Translations under genes and position numbers: made by a program
From: Phoronis australis
Lineage: Eukaryota; Animalia; Phoronida
NCBI GenBank assembly: GCA_002633005.1
Contig: NMRA01000012.1
Location: 1,320,564 to 1,384,563, forward strand
DNA length: 64,000 nucleotides
Direction: 5' to 3'
In this document: in pieces, positions 26,830 through 42,176 of the stretch
Layout of the letters: the number at the start of each line of letters is the position of its first letter
Numbering within the stretch: the stretch's first letter is position 1
Notes under the pieces: model-generated
Told to the model about the DNA's origin: nothing
The model's database searches: none
The model's input: only the letters and a program-made list of their open reading frames with translations

Positions 26830-27137
26830 GCTGCAGTATTTTCTACACATGTGCTGCATACATGCACACATCTACTGCAGTAGACCTACAGTATGCTGCA
26901 ATACTCAGCACTACAGGTCTGTTACAGTACACAAAATTATGCTGCAGTACACGTCTGCTGCAGTACACCATCTGCTACAGTACAGTTCTGTTGCAGTACA
27001 CAGGTCTGTTGCAGTACACAGGTCTGTTGCAGTACAGGTCTGTTGCAGTACACGTCTGTTGCAGTACACGTCTGCTGCAGTACACTTCTGCTGCAGTACT
27101 CGTCTGCTACAGTTTGTATCTTTCATCTGCTGCAGCA
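26830..27137. repeat. ~17-bp degenerate minisatellite (ctgttgcagtacacagg-like)
   Basis: Repeated gcagtacac units. They explain the overlapping LLQYT and CCST ORFs. Confidence 0.9.
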
Positions 27138-30100
27138 TTCTGAAGGAATCATCTTTGTGCAGTCTGTCAATATGGCAAGGATCTTTGGTGATTTCTTTTG
27201 GTTATTGTGCATTATTTTGAAGCCTAACACTTTGAAGCTACAAATTGATGCTTTGTTGCAAGTTGTTGGGTGCTGTTTGACTATACATTGTTAGCTTTTT
27301 ATTTCTTTGTGTATGCTGTAGAATAGACCTGTGACCATGTTCATACCAAAGGTCAGACTGCACCTGAATCCATGATTAAATTCCCCAGCTCTACTAATCA
27401 TAGCTTGGGCATGGAGGTTACAAAAAGTCTTAGGTTGTTTTTGTCTGAATGCGTAATTAATTATTGAAACGCATTGAAACCTATTTGCCTAGCTAGAGAG
27501 AACTATCCCTTAGCCATACTGTATAAAGTAGTATTGTGCTGTCTGTGTTTTTTCAGGGCAAGGTGAAGGAAATTTAGAAAACCGTGGCTCTGGGTCTAAT
27601 CTGTGCATTAGAAACTTGACTCGAAAATTGACCCATTGTGTGTCACACTTCAAGTAATCTTACAAATTTGTACTCAATCATGCAACATTACTGGTTAAAT
27701 TTTTACGTTGAATCACGTCTTGAGTTTGGAGGTTATATCCTGGACCCACTGATATTTCAGGTGTGGTAGAAAAAAATTCCTTTTTCTTGGTCAAACTTTT
27801 CTTGCTAAGGTACAGTTGTGCTCATTAGTCTTAAAAGACTGATACCTGTGCACCCATAGCCTAGTTAGCGACCTTGTGTCTGCATATGAGGGTAAATCCA
27901 GCTAGTGGCTCCATCTGATGACTTGTTCTGCAACCAGGTGATTTCTATATTACCCTTAACATAAAATGATGAGTTTATCAAGCCAACTTATTGAGCTTGA
28001 TAACAAAGCATCAGGTTTTCTCATTCCATCATCAAAAATCACTTCTAATCTGAGACTAATGTATTACTGTAGGTCTAAACAAAGTTAATTTGGTGCATAG
28101 CAACTTTAAGAAAACTCTTTCATTTTACTTAAGTGTGCCCATCAGCCGAAAATACTGCTGTGTTGGCTGTTAAATGTCAGTTGTAAGTTATAGATTACCA
28201 TTGGAATCATTACTGTGATGAAGGCAAATGTAATTAATTCCATTGTTGAAAAAACGTAAGGAAATGTAGAGGCTGGTTAATGATTTTGTGGTATTTCACA
28301 TCATCGTTGAGTCTCTTTAAATCTTGGATCTTAGTTTGTCGTATATTATGAGGGCACAGCATGAGTCACATCAGAAACACCTCAAATAGTTTAGTGTCTA
28401 CCAGGTGAGTCTCTTTGAATAATTAACATTCTCCTCTCTGTTTCCATGGCGACTGCCGGCGAGGCTACGATAGGTGGGTGTTTTAGGTCACACACTGCAC
28501 TCTAGGTCTTTGGTGAATGTTGCAACCTGATACATGCGTTGATAGGTCTACCTGAGGATCGTGTGTACCTGGTAATTGTGTTTACCTGGGGCTGCATCAG
28601 TTGCTAATGATCTGGGAGGTAGTCAACTTAGCCCAGTTCCATTTTTGAACAGATAGTTATACTTTGAACCGATAATTGAAAAACCATCAGGTTACCTTTG
28701 CTCAGGCAATTCAGAAGGTGTTAAATTTAAATGCGACTATTGAAAGGTAGTAATTATGATTGAAATTGACGATAACAATCAAATTTGCGTTCAATATAAT
28801 GCGAAGATGTGTCACTCCAGGTGTTTGTAGTTTTTAAATAGATTCTGTGGTGAAATAAGCATGCCCTGGCTATTGACACTACAGGGTATGGATCTTCTCA
28901 CTAAACTTGGTTCATATGAGGTCAATGGAAACTAGCGGCACAATAATGCCTGACATATTCACACCTCGTCTTCAAAAGAATCTTCTAGGATTTCTTGGAG
29001 TAGGATTAGAATGTTAAATCTGCATGCCCCGGGGCTTTGCACTCAGTTGTTCTGCGCGCTACACTTCTCGTCTTGTTTGTCATGTCGATTTATGCGTACA
29101 TCTCGATGTGTTTTTTCCAATAATTGCACTGCTATTTTCTGCTTTGATTAGTGACTGTCCATCAATAGCCTGGATTTAAAGCGTCTGAGTAAGTACTGCG
29201 GCCGAGGCTTATATTCAACCTCCTCTCAGTTTCTGCACTTCTTGTTTGGCCAGATAAAATTGAGACACATCAAATTTTACAACTTGTACTTACGCATCGA
29301 GTCAAAAGTTTTAATTTATTAAATTCGTCTGCAGCTGAAGTTGGGTCTTGTGATAATCCAAAAAAATGCTTTTTGCCAGCTGATGTTTGTTTTATAGAAT
29401 GGATGAAAGTGTTGTTGAATACTCATTACTTAATACTGTGGAGTGAATTGAATCATTTCAACTGGACTTTCTTGATAAGAATGTCCTCCTAGGTCTTCGA
29501 GGACCTCCCATCCCCTTCAAAGGGGAGATGGCACCTGCATCCGGGTATGAGCTATTGCGTTGTGCTACACCTGGCAGATACTGTCATTCCAAGCAGATGA
29601 AATGTTGAATCTTACCCCACCATGTTTGTTAAGGGAAGGATTGAACACTTCGAAATGTGGCTTCTTTTACCCCTCTTTTGTGCCAGTGTTCTTCTCTTCT
29701 AAGAATCTCAACATTGTCATTATTGAAACTGTGAGCATTGATAAGCCAGGATGGATGAAATCTTTCAATATTACTTTATACTGGATGTCTTTTACATTTA
29801 AATCTTGGGTGTTTTCTTTAACTTGAGACAATCCTTAATGTGAGACTCTTGGGGCAGAGAAATGTTTGCAAAAACCATGAATTTCAAGAATTTTCTGACA
29901 TAATTCAATATTCCAGCCCAACCATCCAGTCACTTCAGTAGTGGCCATTTTGCTAGTCTATGCTTGTAATTTCTCAAGCTTAAATGCAAAACACTGGCTA
30001 AAGCCATTATCTGGCTCCTTCGCAACACAAAGTTGCTCTATGGAATGCAGTTACAAGTTCTGGTGTTTAAAAATGGGTAGTCGGTTAAACCGTGTGGTTT

Positions 30101-33100
30101 TGTGTTTGTGTAAATGATTCAGTATGCTCTGTGCTTGTTCAATAATAGTATAGGAATTATATGTTATTGTAAAATGATGAAATGTAGAAAAAATATTTGT
30201 CATACAATATAATTTTTGGCATACTAACATGTCACAAACATAGCTCTGTGAGAATATTTTGATAGTAGGAAATTTGTTGAAACCACAATAGTGGTGGCTG
30301 TTTTTTACTTTAACGGACTCCCGATCAAATTCTGGTATATTCGTCAGAGCTCAAGAACTTATGTGTACATGAGGATCTGCTGCCTAACTGTTCTGATTTA
30401 GATAGATGGCGTTCTTTAGACAATTAGTGAATTGCTTTCCTAATAAAACTACTCTGATTGTAAATTACAATGTGGAATTCACCTTTTGCCTAACAAGTGT
30501 CACTGTCTCAAGTTATGAAACTTAAGTTGAGGAGTTCCATCATGGTAAGCTATTTTTCAGCACAAACCTGTATTGATGGTTCCTGCAAAAGTGGAAATAG
30601 TCTGATATTTAACGAGCATAGACAGTTTGATGTGACTGTGCGCTTCGTTCTGTTTTCATTTCTATCAATCTCTTTCTTTAATAAGACTCGTTTAGGCCTG
30701 GTTGAGCAGTTGGTGATTGTTTTTTCAAATTAATTACCCGGCCCTAATATTCTTGCGGGCGACCTTTGTAACCTACTGAACTGACTTGAGATCCTATCAA
30801 CTTTTCTCTGATTAACCCTATTTGTGATATTATGTCATTTTCTTTTGAGCACAGTTCAAGTGCTGACGGCCAATTTCCTCTCTCATTTATTGTTTTTGAT
30901 GACCTCTGCATTTGAACTGTATTGTTTATGGTATCAGTTGGATGAAGGCCGACATAGTGTGCGTATGCGTACTATCAATAGCTATCTACTGCTCTGCTTT
31001 ATTTTTAATCACCATTTCCTGAGGGTGTTACTACCAGTTTATTCTTCGCTTTGTAATTGGATTTGTATCATTGTTACTAGGAACATATTACAAGCTGTAT
31101 TTCTTCTTATTTTTCTTAATACTATTTAGTTCTCAAAAATGCTTCAAGATCAAATCTAGCATGAACTGGAACGGTGTTTTTTTATTTTTTCCGTGCAAAT
31201 GTATTTCTCAGAAAAAGTTTGACGTAGTTGAGATAAATTTGTCTTAAAGTCAAGGTACTTATGTGTATTTGGTGTATATCTACAAAAGAATTTAATAATC
31301 TCATCTAATTTGAAGCTGATTTTAGACAAAGAATTGATTTTTAAGTAAGATTTTGGAGAACCACTCTCCATTAAAAAGAACTTAAGAAATCCTCTCTGTT
31401 TGAAGCCAATTAACTGTTAACTAGTTTTTTTTTTGGTAGGTGGAGTAATATACAGTTAGAGGATTTTAAGCTCCACCTTACTTTGATGTGATTGGCTGTT
31501 TGCATTTGATGATTGATAGTCAAACAATTCCCTGGTTGGTAAGTGATCCTATTAGGGTTTGCTGTAGTCTGAGTTTTTTAATAAAACACTTGCACGCTTT
31601 AAATGCCATTATAGGGTTGACAGAAGCAATGAGAAATAGTCTTTGAAGAGCTTTTATTTAATTTCTCTTTCTCTCATTTGTGGTTTTTTCCAGTTATTAC
31701 TTTCATGGAAAATATAAAAACCAAACATTTTTTCAATCCGGAGAGCCTTTAGCGATGGCTTTACTATGATAGCTTGTTTTACAATGAGTCTAATTTCAAC
31801 TGTGATTTATTTGTATCCTGCCTTATTTTTTCTTGAACTTAATCGAATTGCACTAAATAAAACCATCTCATAATTTTCTCACAACAACGTCTCCATAAAA
31901 AGATGACATAAAAAGACGACAGGAGTGCCTTGTCGCAGGAAGAAATTTTGTTTGAAGTTGAGACGAGTAGTTAGACTCTGTTATTGCCCACTGGATTTCC
32001 ATAGATTTGATTCGCTGCTGCCAAGTGCTACGAAGAATCGGTTCCAAATGCTGTGCATTAAACAATCAGATCACTGAGCAAGATACTTGTCTCAAAGGAC
32101 TCCCTGTACATTTCCATAGGAGCTACTTACTTTAAAATAAGATAACGTGCGTGTTGCTGGCTCATCATTCATATAGTCTAGCGCGAACAGTTGAATCTCT
32201 CATTGAGCCCTGTAACCTGGTTCAGATGGTAGTACGGTAGTGGCAGGTTGCAGGAGAGTGGTTACTGTGTGCCAATTGGTTATCTAATTACCGAGGTTAT
32301 TGCTAGTTGTTATGATGATGCCAGGAGGAAGACATAGGAAGTGTGTGTTGGATAGGAAGACGGCAAATCATTTGGTGTTCTATGGTAAGATGTCTGGGGG
32401 ATTTGTCAACTATGGCATTTCTTTAATGTTTCTGCAAATGGAATGAACTGATTGTTTTTTGATTTCAAAATCTATTAAAAAATTGTGTTTGTCAAATTTG
32501 GCGATTTTGTTAACTATTGCTGCCCAAAGAGCTTGCCATGGTGGAATTTACTCAATAATTGTTCTCTTTTACCCTTGATTTTCCTTTCTGGATTTATTTT
32601 GATGAGAAACTTGTTGAAGTCTTCTATCGAGTTTGAGTGACAAAGCTATGATCTATCTTATTTTACTATTGGTATTTTTTGATTAATATAAAATGTACGA
32701 AGTTGTAGTTAAAACTGTACTGTTGTAGAAAAAAGCTTGAATGTTTTTTGTGGTATTATTACCTATGCAGTCTCACGCAGTCACCTTAGTAATATTTTAT
32801 TAAATTCTCTTTGATGTTATAGTGCAGAGACTAGGCATCACTGTAGTTCTTAGGGTGCATTTTTGTGGTGCATGACTTCAATTTTAGTTTGTTTTCATTG
32901 CAAAATAAAAAGTTTGTTTTTTCCGCAAATAGAAGAAGTGGAGGTAGTTTACTATTCCTAAAATCTGTAGTAATTAATTTTCTTTGTTGATTTTAAATAA
33001 TTAAAAATCATCATTACTATTTAACTATTTGTTCTTCTTTTCTCATTTATGCTGTGTTATATTCTACCTGTTGTCTAATTGTATCAATTTGATAATGGAA

Positions 33101-33117
33101 TTGGGTCCTTGGCTTAA

Positions 33118-33229
33118 TAGTTATTGTTACTACGCTTTGTAGTTATTGTTACTACGCTTTGTAGTTATTGTTACTATGCTTTGTAGTTATTGTTACTATG
33201 CTTTGTAGTTATTGTTACTATGCTTTGTA
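33118..33229. repeat. 22-bp tandem repeat, 5 copies (tagttattgttactaYgctttg)
   Basis: Five near-identical units. Confidence 0.95.
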
Positions 33230-36200
33230 CTTTTGACTGCCAAACAAGATTCTCCATTGCCCTCTTTTAATTTACATAGGCTAGAAGCTGGATTGTCTGG
33301 CCAGATACTTCTTATTTTTCTATGCTGTCTGAGACTAATGACGCCAAAACTGCAGTGCACATTATATTAAAACCTGAAGACAAACGTAGTTGTGTTGACC
33401 TTACATTATGTATTTCCCGCTTTCTTTGTTCGATAATCATTTGGAGCCGTGCCATTTGTAGAAAATGGCGCGCTTGAGGTGCCTATTGGCGTTTTGGCAC
33501 ATTCTGTGGTCAGTTATATCTTGCATAGTTTTCGCCATCAGCTCGGCCTAATTGACCACAGATAGACTGAAAAAAATATCTGCTTCGTTTTAAACACATT
33601 CTAGTCACCTGACCCACAAATTGCTTCCTTCAGGGAGTTGTGAGCCAGGAGTTGTGAGCTAGCTCACAGTCTGTGGTTTTTGGCTCTGGCATTAGTCATG
33701 TGTGTGATTTTACAGATCTAAGCCGGCACTTATCCAATTTTTTCTCTGGTCGGTTTCCAAAGTTTCCTCTCTGTACCTAAGTCGGGGCGTGTCTCCTGTA
33801 ATCGATTAGAGATCTTCAATGCGGACGCCTACTCGTATTTTCCTTTGTGACAGTAATTTAATAGTGGTTGATGTGAACGGAACTTGTTATTGAAAGTTAT
33901 TTGCTGTTTGTTTTCACTACCATACGGATTCGAATTGAAGAATTTCAAACAAAACCTTCTGAAGTGTTGCTTCAAGCAATACTTTCTTATTTCTTTTTTA
34001 TTTTAGATTTTATTCAGTGATTTCTTGGTTAAAGCAGCTATAATTCAAATCCGTACATGTGATGACGCACAGTTTATTTCACCCTTTTCTTTTAGGAAAA
34101 TGAAAATCTTAGGAAAATGAACAGTAATAAATTAGAAACTATTTAAAACGGGTTCTGTCTACTTTTTGTCCATTGAGATTTTTGTAGGGTTAGTCAGTAT
34201 TCAAGAAGCGCACACACACAGGCTGGTAGTGTAGGGTTAATTGAATAATTAAGCAATTAAATGATTAATTAATTGTCATGCGTGCTTGTATTTAGTTACA
34301 TGGTCTGCAAACCTTATATAGTATTGGGATATTTTTTATTAAGATGATGTTGTGGTGGAAATTGTCTTAGAAGGTGCTCATTGACATTTTACAACTTAAG
34401 TGTTGGAAAATAGAAGGATGCTATAGATACCTTTGTTTTGTCTCATTTCTGTTATTGCTCAAATGGTGGTGTTGTTCTCTTGTCAAGGGGGGCTTAATTA
34501 CAATCGGATTTATGAATAAGTAAATGAATATGCAATCACTTATTGTTGACACCTAGGTGGTACTCCTTGAATGCGAGTTGTCTGTCTTATTTTATTATCA
34601 AATGTGAGTTGTCTGTAATATTTTACATTTATTTTATTCATTTCAAGTGCGATACCTAACTCCGGTAAAATCTGGCTAATTTCGAACAAATTACAAATAT
34701 TGTACTTTTTTCATTTCCCAAGGCTGTGAATATCCAGTTTCTCAAAATGTTGTCTAGTAGTATATGTGGTATAGAACTTAAAAATGATGAATTACAGATT
34801 TTGTGCTACTTATTTCTATGAACAAATGAAAAAGTTAAATTTTCTTTAACTGGTGAAATTTTACTGCACTGGTTTGTTAAAAAGAGGTTGAGAAACAAGA
34901 CTTGAAATTAAAATTAGAAATGAAATAATTGTGTTCTTTTTATATTTACAATTAATTTGGCAAATGTCTTGTAAGTTCAGATATTAATTTCATTATTATT
35001 GTTGATCTCTTCTAGTTACAACTTTGTTACAACATACCTTTAAATTATTTTTAAATATTTCCCCATGTGTTCTTTTATTCTGGTGAGCACTGCGCTTTCT
35101 AGTTTATTTGAAACCGCGTCTTTTGTTGCAGATGATAGATCAGGTTGTCGACATTAAGTACAAGCTTTTTTGTCACGTCCATTAGCTTGCCCTTATTTTT
35201 AATCTACTTAACAAAACCGAGATTTCTAGAATAACTTCTGAACATGTTTTTTCGTGTTAAACCAATCCCTTTAGTATTGAGGATCAGAGGGGTCGCGTGT
35301 TAGGTGTCAATTTCAGTCTGATAGATAAAGAACAGCTCTCTGTTGAAAAGGTAATTTGGCCACCATAATCTTTTTATACAGTTCTTTGTATTTCTCTTTT
35401 TTAAAATTTATTGTAATTCAAAATGGTTTAGATTTTTTTGGCAAATCCTAGTAAATGTAGGTTGCACAATGTCAAGTTATATGTGTTGCAAACGTACTCT
35501 ACATAGCTAAAGTACAAAAATGTTATAGAATAAAAAAGAATTTTTCATGACAATGATTAAAATTTTTTTCCAACTACTGAGTGTGTATAACTTGATTTGT
35601 TTTTTAACATTTATGCTAAAAAATAATAACAATATATTCTAGGTGATACTAATCGTCTAAACTTGTTACGGTAAAGGCCTCATCTTTGGATATGAAATAA
35701 TTATCATTATTATTGGTAGTGTAAAATTTTGACCTTGGATACAAGTGAATTTGCATTCCAGTCCAGTGTGTTCCCAGAACACGTTCTTCAACTGTGATAT
35801 GTTTCTCATAATTCTACGCGGTCACAAGCTCACAGACGTGCCTACGGGTACACGCCATGCACCAGCTAATCACCATGAAGGCGCGCATTGCGTGGAATGT
35901 GGAACTAGCCTGAAGTTATAGTGTGTGAACTTTTGTCTCCTTGTGGCGTAGAACAATAACAACCCCTGTATTGATTGTCTGCTAAGGTAACGCGTTGTTT
36001 CTTATTGCCTCTAGAGGTTATTATCGTGCTGTTAATAACCCGCTTAGCTTATAATAAAAGTACACTCGCAAGAAACGATTTTTATTAAATCCTTAACTAT
36101 GAGAAGTGGGTTAGTGCAAAAATTATTTTAGTCAAAAACCAACCGTATGTCGTTAATTTAATTATTTTAATCCAATTTTGAAGATTTTTCGCTTTTGAAT

Positions 36201-36900
36201 GATTGCAAACTTTGTTGAAGATTCCATGTCGAAAATGAGTTCTATACTGCTACTGAAATCAACTATTTCGAAGATTCACTCTAAGTTATAAAGTTGATTG
36301 CATTCTAAGAGTCAATCCTGTCAGTAACAAATCAAACTAGTTCTGGTGCAAAAAAACGAAAAAAAGAATTCAGTCATTCAATTACGTGTTGTCAATTCAT
36401 TGCTGTAGTATAATTTTTTGTGTTTGGAAGATTTAGTCTCAACATAATTTGGTGTCGTACTCACAATATCAACCCTGTTTCGAAAATTCAGTCTTTGAAA
36501 AAAATTTTTTGAGAACTAAAATGGCAACATCGGCAGTTGAATTTATCAAATAGTGTTGAATTAACTAAAATGGTCAATTTTAAAAATTTCTGCGCAGCTA
36601 CCGATGCTCAACTGGAGTTTGTCTATAATACTTAGTCAACTTCAGTTTCAATTGTTTGTGACTGTAAGGTCTTTATCCCAAAGACGTTTACAGTCTCCGA
36701 GAACCAAAAATGTCAAACCTAGTTTACTACAGCTAGTATTGCTGTTTACACCTGCTGGGGCAACAGCATGATAAGGATTAAGGTTAGCATCATTGTAAAT
36801 TCCCTGTCATTTGATACTTAAAGTTGTGGCTGAGCTGGCAGATCGTGTTTTCTAGAGGTATCGGTTTCTCTACGTGTTGGTGGTTCTGTTTCTCCCCGTT

Positions 36901-37200
36901 TTAAGGTTACATAGTAGCCTAGAAAATTGTCCAAATTAGGCTAATTGTGGAATATAATATCTGGGAAAGGCTGATCAGATTCACATGAAACAGTCAGTTA
37001 CTTTGCTTTGCGCACTATTCTCCAAAATGCTTTTAGCAATTGTTTTTTAAATTTCCACTTGTGCATGAGGGACTATCAAAAAATAGGACTGATGATTTTG
37101 TTGAAAATTAAGTTGCACATTACGCAAGCAAAATGATATTTTAGAAAGCTATGACAGCATCGAATTCTGCTGACTTTCTGCTTTCAGTAAATATCTATTT
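36901..37200 (+). mobile_element. Second copy of the TTAA-GG dispersed repeat
   Basis: Colinear similarity to 3297-3630. Confidence 0.55.
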
Positions 37201-39869
37201 TTACTAGGTTTGCAGTTATTTGAATAAATGCGCATATTTGCCAGTAAGGTCCTACATATAATTTTAACCTGAATTTGACTTGTCCTCAGGCGAAACCGTG
37301 TTCGTCTGGTTCTCTCGTTACAATGAGGGTTACATGAAATTGTCGAGGAGTTCAGTAAAAACCAGCTGGTTTGTGTTTAACGTCATGCCTATAGTGGCAA
37401 AAGTCCTTCATAATCTCGTGACTGATTTGAGCTGGTAAGGGCTGATGTTAATTCATGCTGGTAAGCATTCGGCCATGAAGAGATTACTATTACATGGGCA
37501 CTGTAGTGGTTATTAAGTCACCTGACTCTTACACAGTGGTGGCGATGCCCACTTTTTGTGTTCAAATATTATGGTACTGGAGTGTCTGTATTTTCACGTC
37601 TTAGTATTGATCAAAGATGAATGTTTGCCATATTTATTATAAGAAGAATGATGTTAGTAATTAGAGTATTTAATACTTTTTACTTCTATTTTTTAAATGA
37701 GTATCGGTGTAAAACTTACATGAGATTATACATCTTGTGATTTCAAATATTTGAAAAATTTGTGGAAATAAAAAATCTCAAAGTTTCAACATGTTATTGC
37801 CACACAGTGCAAACGTATAGGTAAACATCATTAATTAATTTATTTATTTATTCCCACTTCCATCATTTTGCACTCATTTTGTATAGTAAAACCTCGTCAC
37901 GCAAGTTTCAGACTAAAAAATGGAACTGCCCGTTTTCATTGTTCAAAAGCTTCTAACATTGTTGTGATCACCCTCAACTTTTCATAACATTGTCTGATTG
38001 TAGTTGTGAGGCAGAACTCAAAAGGTGACTACTTAGGTGTAGTTGGTAAACGAACTCTTGAACAAGGTTGGAAGTCTGCACAGTGAAAGTGTAGAATTAA
38101 GTCATCCATATCACACTTGCACATCAATTATTAACTTGCGCAGGTCGAATTTGTGTTGGCGTAGTAATAATACGTCAGATATAGCTGCTTGCAAATCAAT
38201 CTCTTCAAAAGAACTCGTTCACTCGAAAATTCCACTTTTTACTTTTCACTTGTCAATCCACCATTTTCATTTTTTACCTAACTGTATGGTCATGAACTAA
38301 AGCATTCACTGCGCACATTGGTTAGCATTTGAGACACTTGATGACGTCATTAAGTCAAAAACTGAGAGTAGAAGATGGCATATGATATGATTTGTTATTG
38401 TTAGAGGAAGGTAAAAAAGGCGAAATATAACCTGTAAGACCGTTTATGGTTTTCTAAACATGTCAAAGAATTTAATTTAGTTAGTACTACCACATTGACC
38501 AAGAATTTTCCTCCCGTACTTTTGTTTTATATCCATTTAGCCAAGTGGTGAAAAGCCCTCCTAGGGACCTTCAGCTATGTTTAAGAGCCCAGTGTTGGCT
38601 ATAGTTTGGTGCTACTTACTAAATTTTGTTTTCCATAGTGTGTCCTAATAGTCATTTTCCAACATAGCGGCGACATGACATCAAGCCCTCAAATTGCCGT
38701 TGTTTGCGATAGGATATTGAAACGATTCACCCAAAAATTGTCTCAAAATGTCCATGAATGATAGAAATTGCATTCATCCTTGTCAATTCGGGGGCCCCTC
38801 TTGTACACAGTAAGTAGAAATAGGTCAAGCGAAAAACGCATTTGTGCTATCGCAATGTTAAAGAATTGTATGTAGAATGTTTCATAGTGGTAAGATTGTA
38901 CTGTACTTGTAGTTGTCTTGACTCTACCCTTCTCTGTTTTGTGCAGCACCAACAGTTCCAGATGGCATTTACCACAGAGATGGGCTTTATTGATGCTTTT
39001 GTGGTTGACAAATTTCAATTGTGTGGTTTTCACTAATGTCAATTATTTGAAATCAATAGGAATATTTAATCCAGGTACATAATTGCTTTGTTCTGCCATG
39101 GTATCATCTCTTTGTTGCTAATAAATTTATTACTACCAAACCACAACTCTGTGGGATCAAGCCTTGTGGTTTAGTCACGTAATCTTTACTCTTTTGTCTT
39201 TTGCCAAATACCATCAAACGATGATCACGTTTTATTGCATCTGAGGAAATGGATAATTTCACAAGTGAGAGTACTCCATACATATTTCATTTTCTGGCTG
39301 AATTTGTGGTTTTGATACTCTGTGAAATGTGCAAAAATCATCAAATAAGATTTAATTGGTTTAGTATTACAGCACTACAATATTATTTAATTAATCATAT
39401 TGTGTAATTTGTTCATTGATTGTTTGTCTTGTGAGGATGATATGCATTAATTTTAGATTATTTCCATACAACAGAAATGAGCATTATTCATAGAGTGATT
39501 TTAATAATTAAGAAACTGAAACATTTTAATTTAATTAAACACGTGCCACAATCTTGGAATAGTCTTTGTTCAAAAAATAAATTCAAATACAAGTATTAAT
39601 GTCATGTAAATCTTTGCGGAATGTGTGAAAGTGTTAAACCTTTAGCAATGTTGATTTGATGAGTTAGCTTTTGTTATATTTTGCACAAAAATAATAAACA
39701 AAACTGTTTTTCCATTTTGTAAAGAATGCTACAAATACTCAAAATGATGCCATGTATTTTAAGGTGATAGCTACTCTGTACAATCTTACATGAAACTGAA
39801 GCTTAAGGTTATTTGGTACCATCCTTTTGAAGAATGAAATTTCTGAAATAACTTTTTAATTATTAAGTA

Positions 39870-40260
39870 ATGCCCAGCTGTTTCTAATCATGTGACTATG
39901 TTTGTTTTCAAAAAGTCTTGCTTTTTCACGGACATTTCGCTATTTCCACAAACAAGATTGTTTCACAAGGAACTTGCAAATTCTGTTTCTTTATTCTAGT
40001 AAAGCATTAGTGTGATTTTCTTTGAAGGTCTTTTATCCCAGACTGCTGCCGTCAAAGTTTAAGACTTGAATATTCCTTGAAAAAAATGCCTGTCTTGATT
40101 TTTGACAGCCAAACTCTGGGGCTATAAAGACCTTAAAGAAAATGCCAGGCACTCTTTTATAAAGAATTTGCGTGGATTGTGCAAAAAATTAAGTGATCTC
40201 CGTGAAAAATCAGGATTTATGAGGAAAACATAACCATGCGATTACGAACATTGGTTGTTG
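39870..40260. mobile_element. Degenerate palindromic (foldback) element, ~390 bp
   Basis: Inner arms aaggtcttttatcccaga...gtcaaa and tttgacag...tctggggctataaagacctt. Outer arms tttttcacgga and tccgtgaaaaa. Confidence 0.7.
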
Positions 40261-42106
40261 CTTAGTTGAAATTCTGTGACCATCAAGAATTTTAAAAATA
40301 TGTAGTTTTGCAGGTCTACTGTTAACATTTAAAATGTTTTTTTAAGAAATTGGATCCTTGGCTTTACTTTTGTTGTTTTTGTTGGTTTTAGGGATATGTT
40401 CAATGGCCTATTTAGAGCAGCACAAAAAGCTTGATATCTTGGCATTGTTCCATTGTTTAAAGCCCACAGGACTTTAATTAAGTGTATTCACATTGTTGCC
40501 AGTTTACAATTTTTAATAATTTTTTGGATGTAGCTAGAACTTTGGATCTGCTCGTCAATTTTTTGCTGTTCTTCATAGTTTTAGTTAGAAATTCAGGCAC
40601 CCAAAAGTCTTGTCGTTTTCACTCGCGCTTTTGTTGTCAGACCGCTGATAGTTTACAAGAATGCTGTTGTTATCAACATGTTAAGGTGTTTATTTCGGAG
40701 AGTTCGCGTATTTTTAACATTAATTGGTTTTCACATTCTCACTTTAAAACCACTAATGGTTGATGAGAAATATAACTGCTGGCAAAAACGACTCCTTTGC
40801 GGAAAGCACGTCTGTCTGGCAAAAACGCATGCCAGCATTTTCGCCTCTGATGTGAACCAAGTATTAAGCCTGTTTGTGTGGGATTCACCATAACTTCTGG
40901 TAAGGTGATTAATCCGCTGACTCAAACCTGGTTGTTACTGCAAACTGATTTGTAGGTGTTACCCTCAACTTACCTTTTTGGTTTGTTCCCAAGTTACGAG
41001 TCTTCTTTCTTTTCTGTTCAGGTTCTGAACATCCCTGTATTTTTTAAAGTAATGCATCTTATAATTGAACACAACTAGGAAGTCGCGGTGGGCATGATAT
41101 CTAATGGTCTGTTGATGTTTCAACTGCTTCATATAGTTTTTGATTATAGAATGTGGATTTTTTCCAATTTAGAAAGTTGCAATTATTTTGGATAAAATGC
41201 TTTATTAGGGTATCAGCGAGAAAAAGTCATTTTCTGAGATCAGCCTGCAACCCTGCTGGCGAAACTAAACTCCACTTGATAAGTGGCAAGAGTCTATTTA
41301 ACTGGTCAATGACCTCAATTTCAGGGAATATTTGGCAGACAACTGGGATAATTGTGGCAATATTGAGAAATTAAAAAACAACAGATTTCATTGTTTTATA
41401 GCTCTGGTCAAAGCTAATAATTTCAAGAAATCTATCCCATCAAACAAAAAAGGCATTAATAATGTCCCTTTAAGTGTCTTACAGTAACTATTTTTTGTCT
41501 TTTTTATGAATTTTTCTCCACCAGTGTTATGTGGATAATAGTCTACTTGGGACTGTTACAAAATAAACATTTTACCTGTAAGTACTAAGGACATTATGTA
41601 TTTACAGAATTTACCGGTACGATTGTATGCACTGTGTAACTTATGTTAGGATTAGTATTTATTTACATATTTTTGTGAGTATTCAAGCTTTCATTAAATA
41701 TTGATGATTTTATATCTTTTGTAAACTACAAGAACCAAACATAGGTGTTGCTGTTGCTGTAACTGTGGTAACTGTTTGCAGTCTTGTTTTACTTTGGAAT
41801 GATTTAGCGCATTTTCAACTTTGGGCAGTATTACCCATTGTAAAATAATTTAAATTGTATTTTCAGGATCACTAGTGTTTTTGAATTAAAAGTTCAGTGG
41901 TGTTTTCAATCTTTTTGCCTTTGTATTTTCTGATTTGATATATTACATCTTTAACATGAACACAGATGAATATTACCTAACATACGGCTGGTGGTGTTGT
42001 TGTTTTTGGTTGTGATTTTGTCTTAAAGGGATGATGACTATTTCATATGTGAAAGAAAATTGATTAGTACATGTTCGACAGAATCCAGTGTTGAGTGCCA
42101 AGTCAG

Positions 42107-42176
42107 TTTGTGTGTGTGTGAGTGTGTGTGTGTGTGTGTGTGCGTGCGTGCGTGTGTTTTGTGTGTTTTGTGTGCG
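42107..42176. repeat. Interrupted (TG)n microsatellite
   Basis: Directly visible. Confidence 0.9.
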
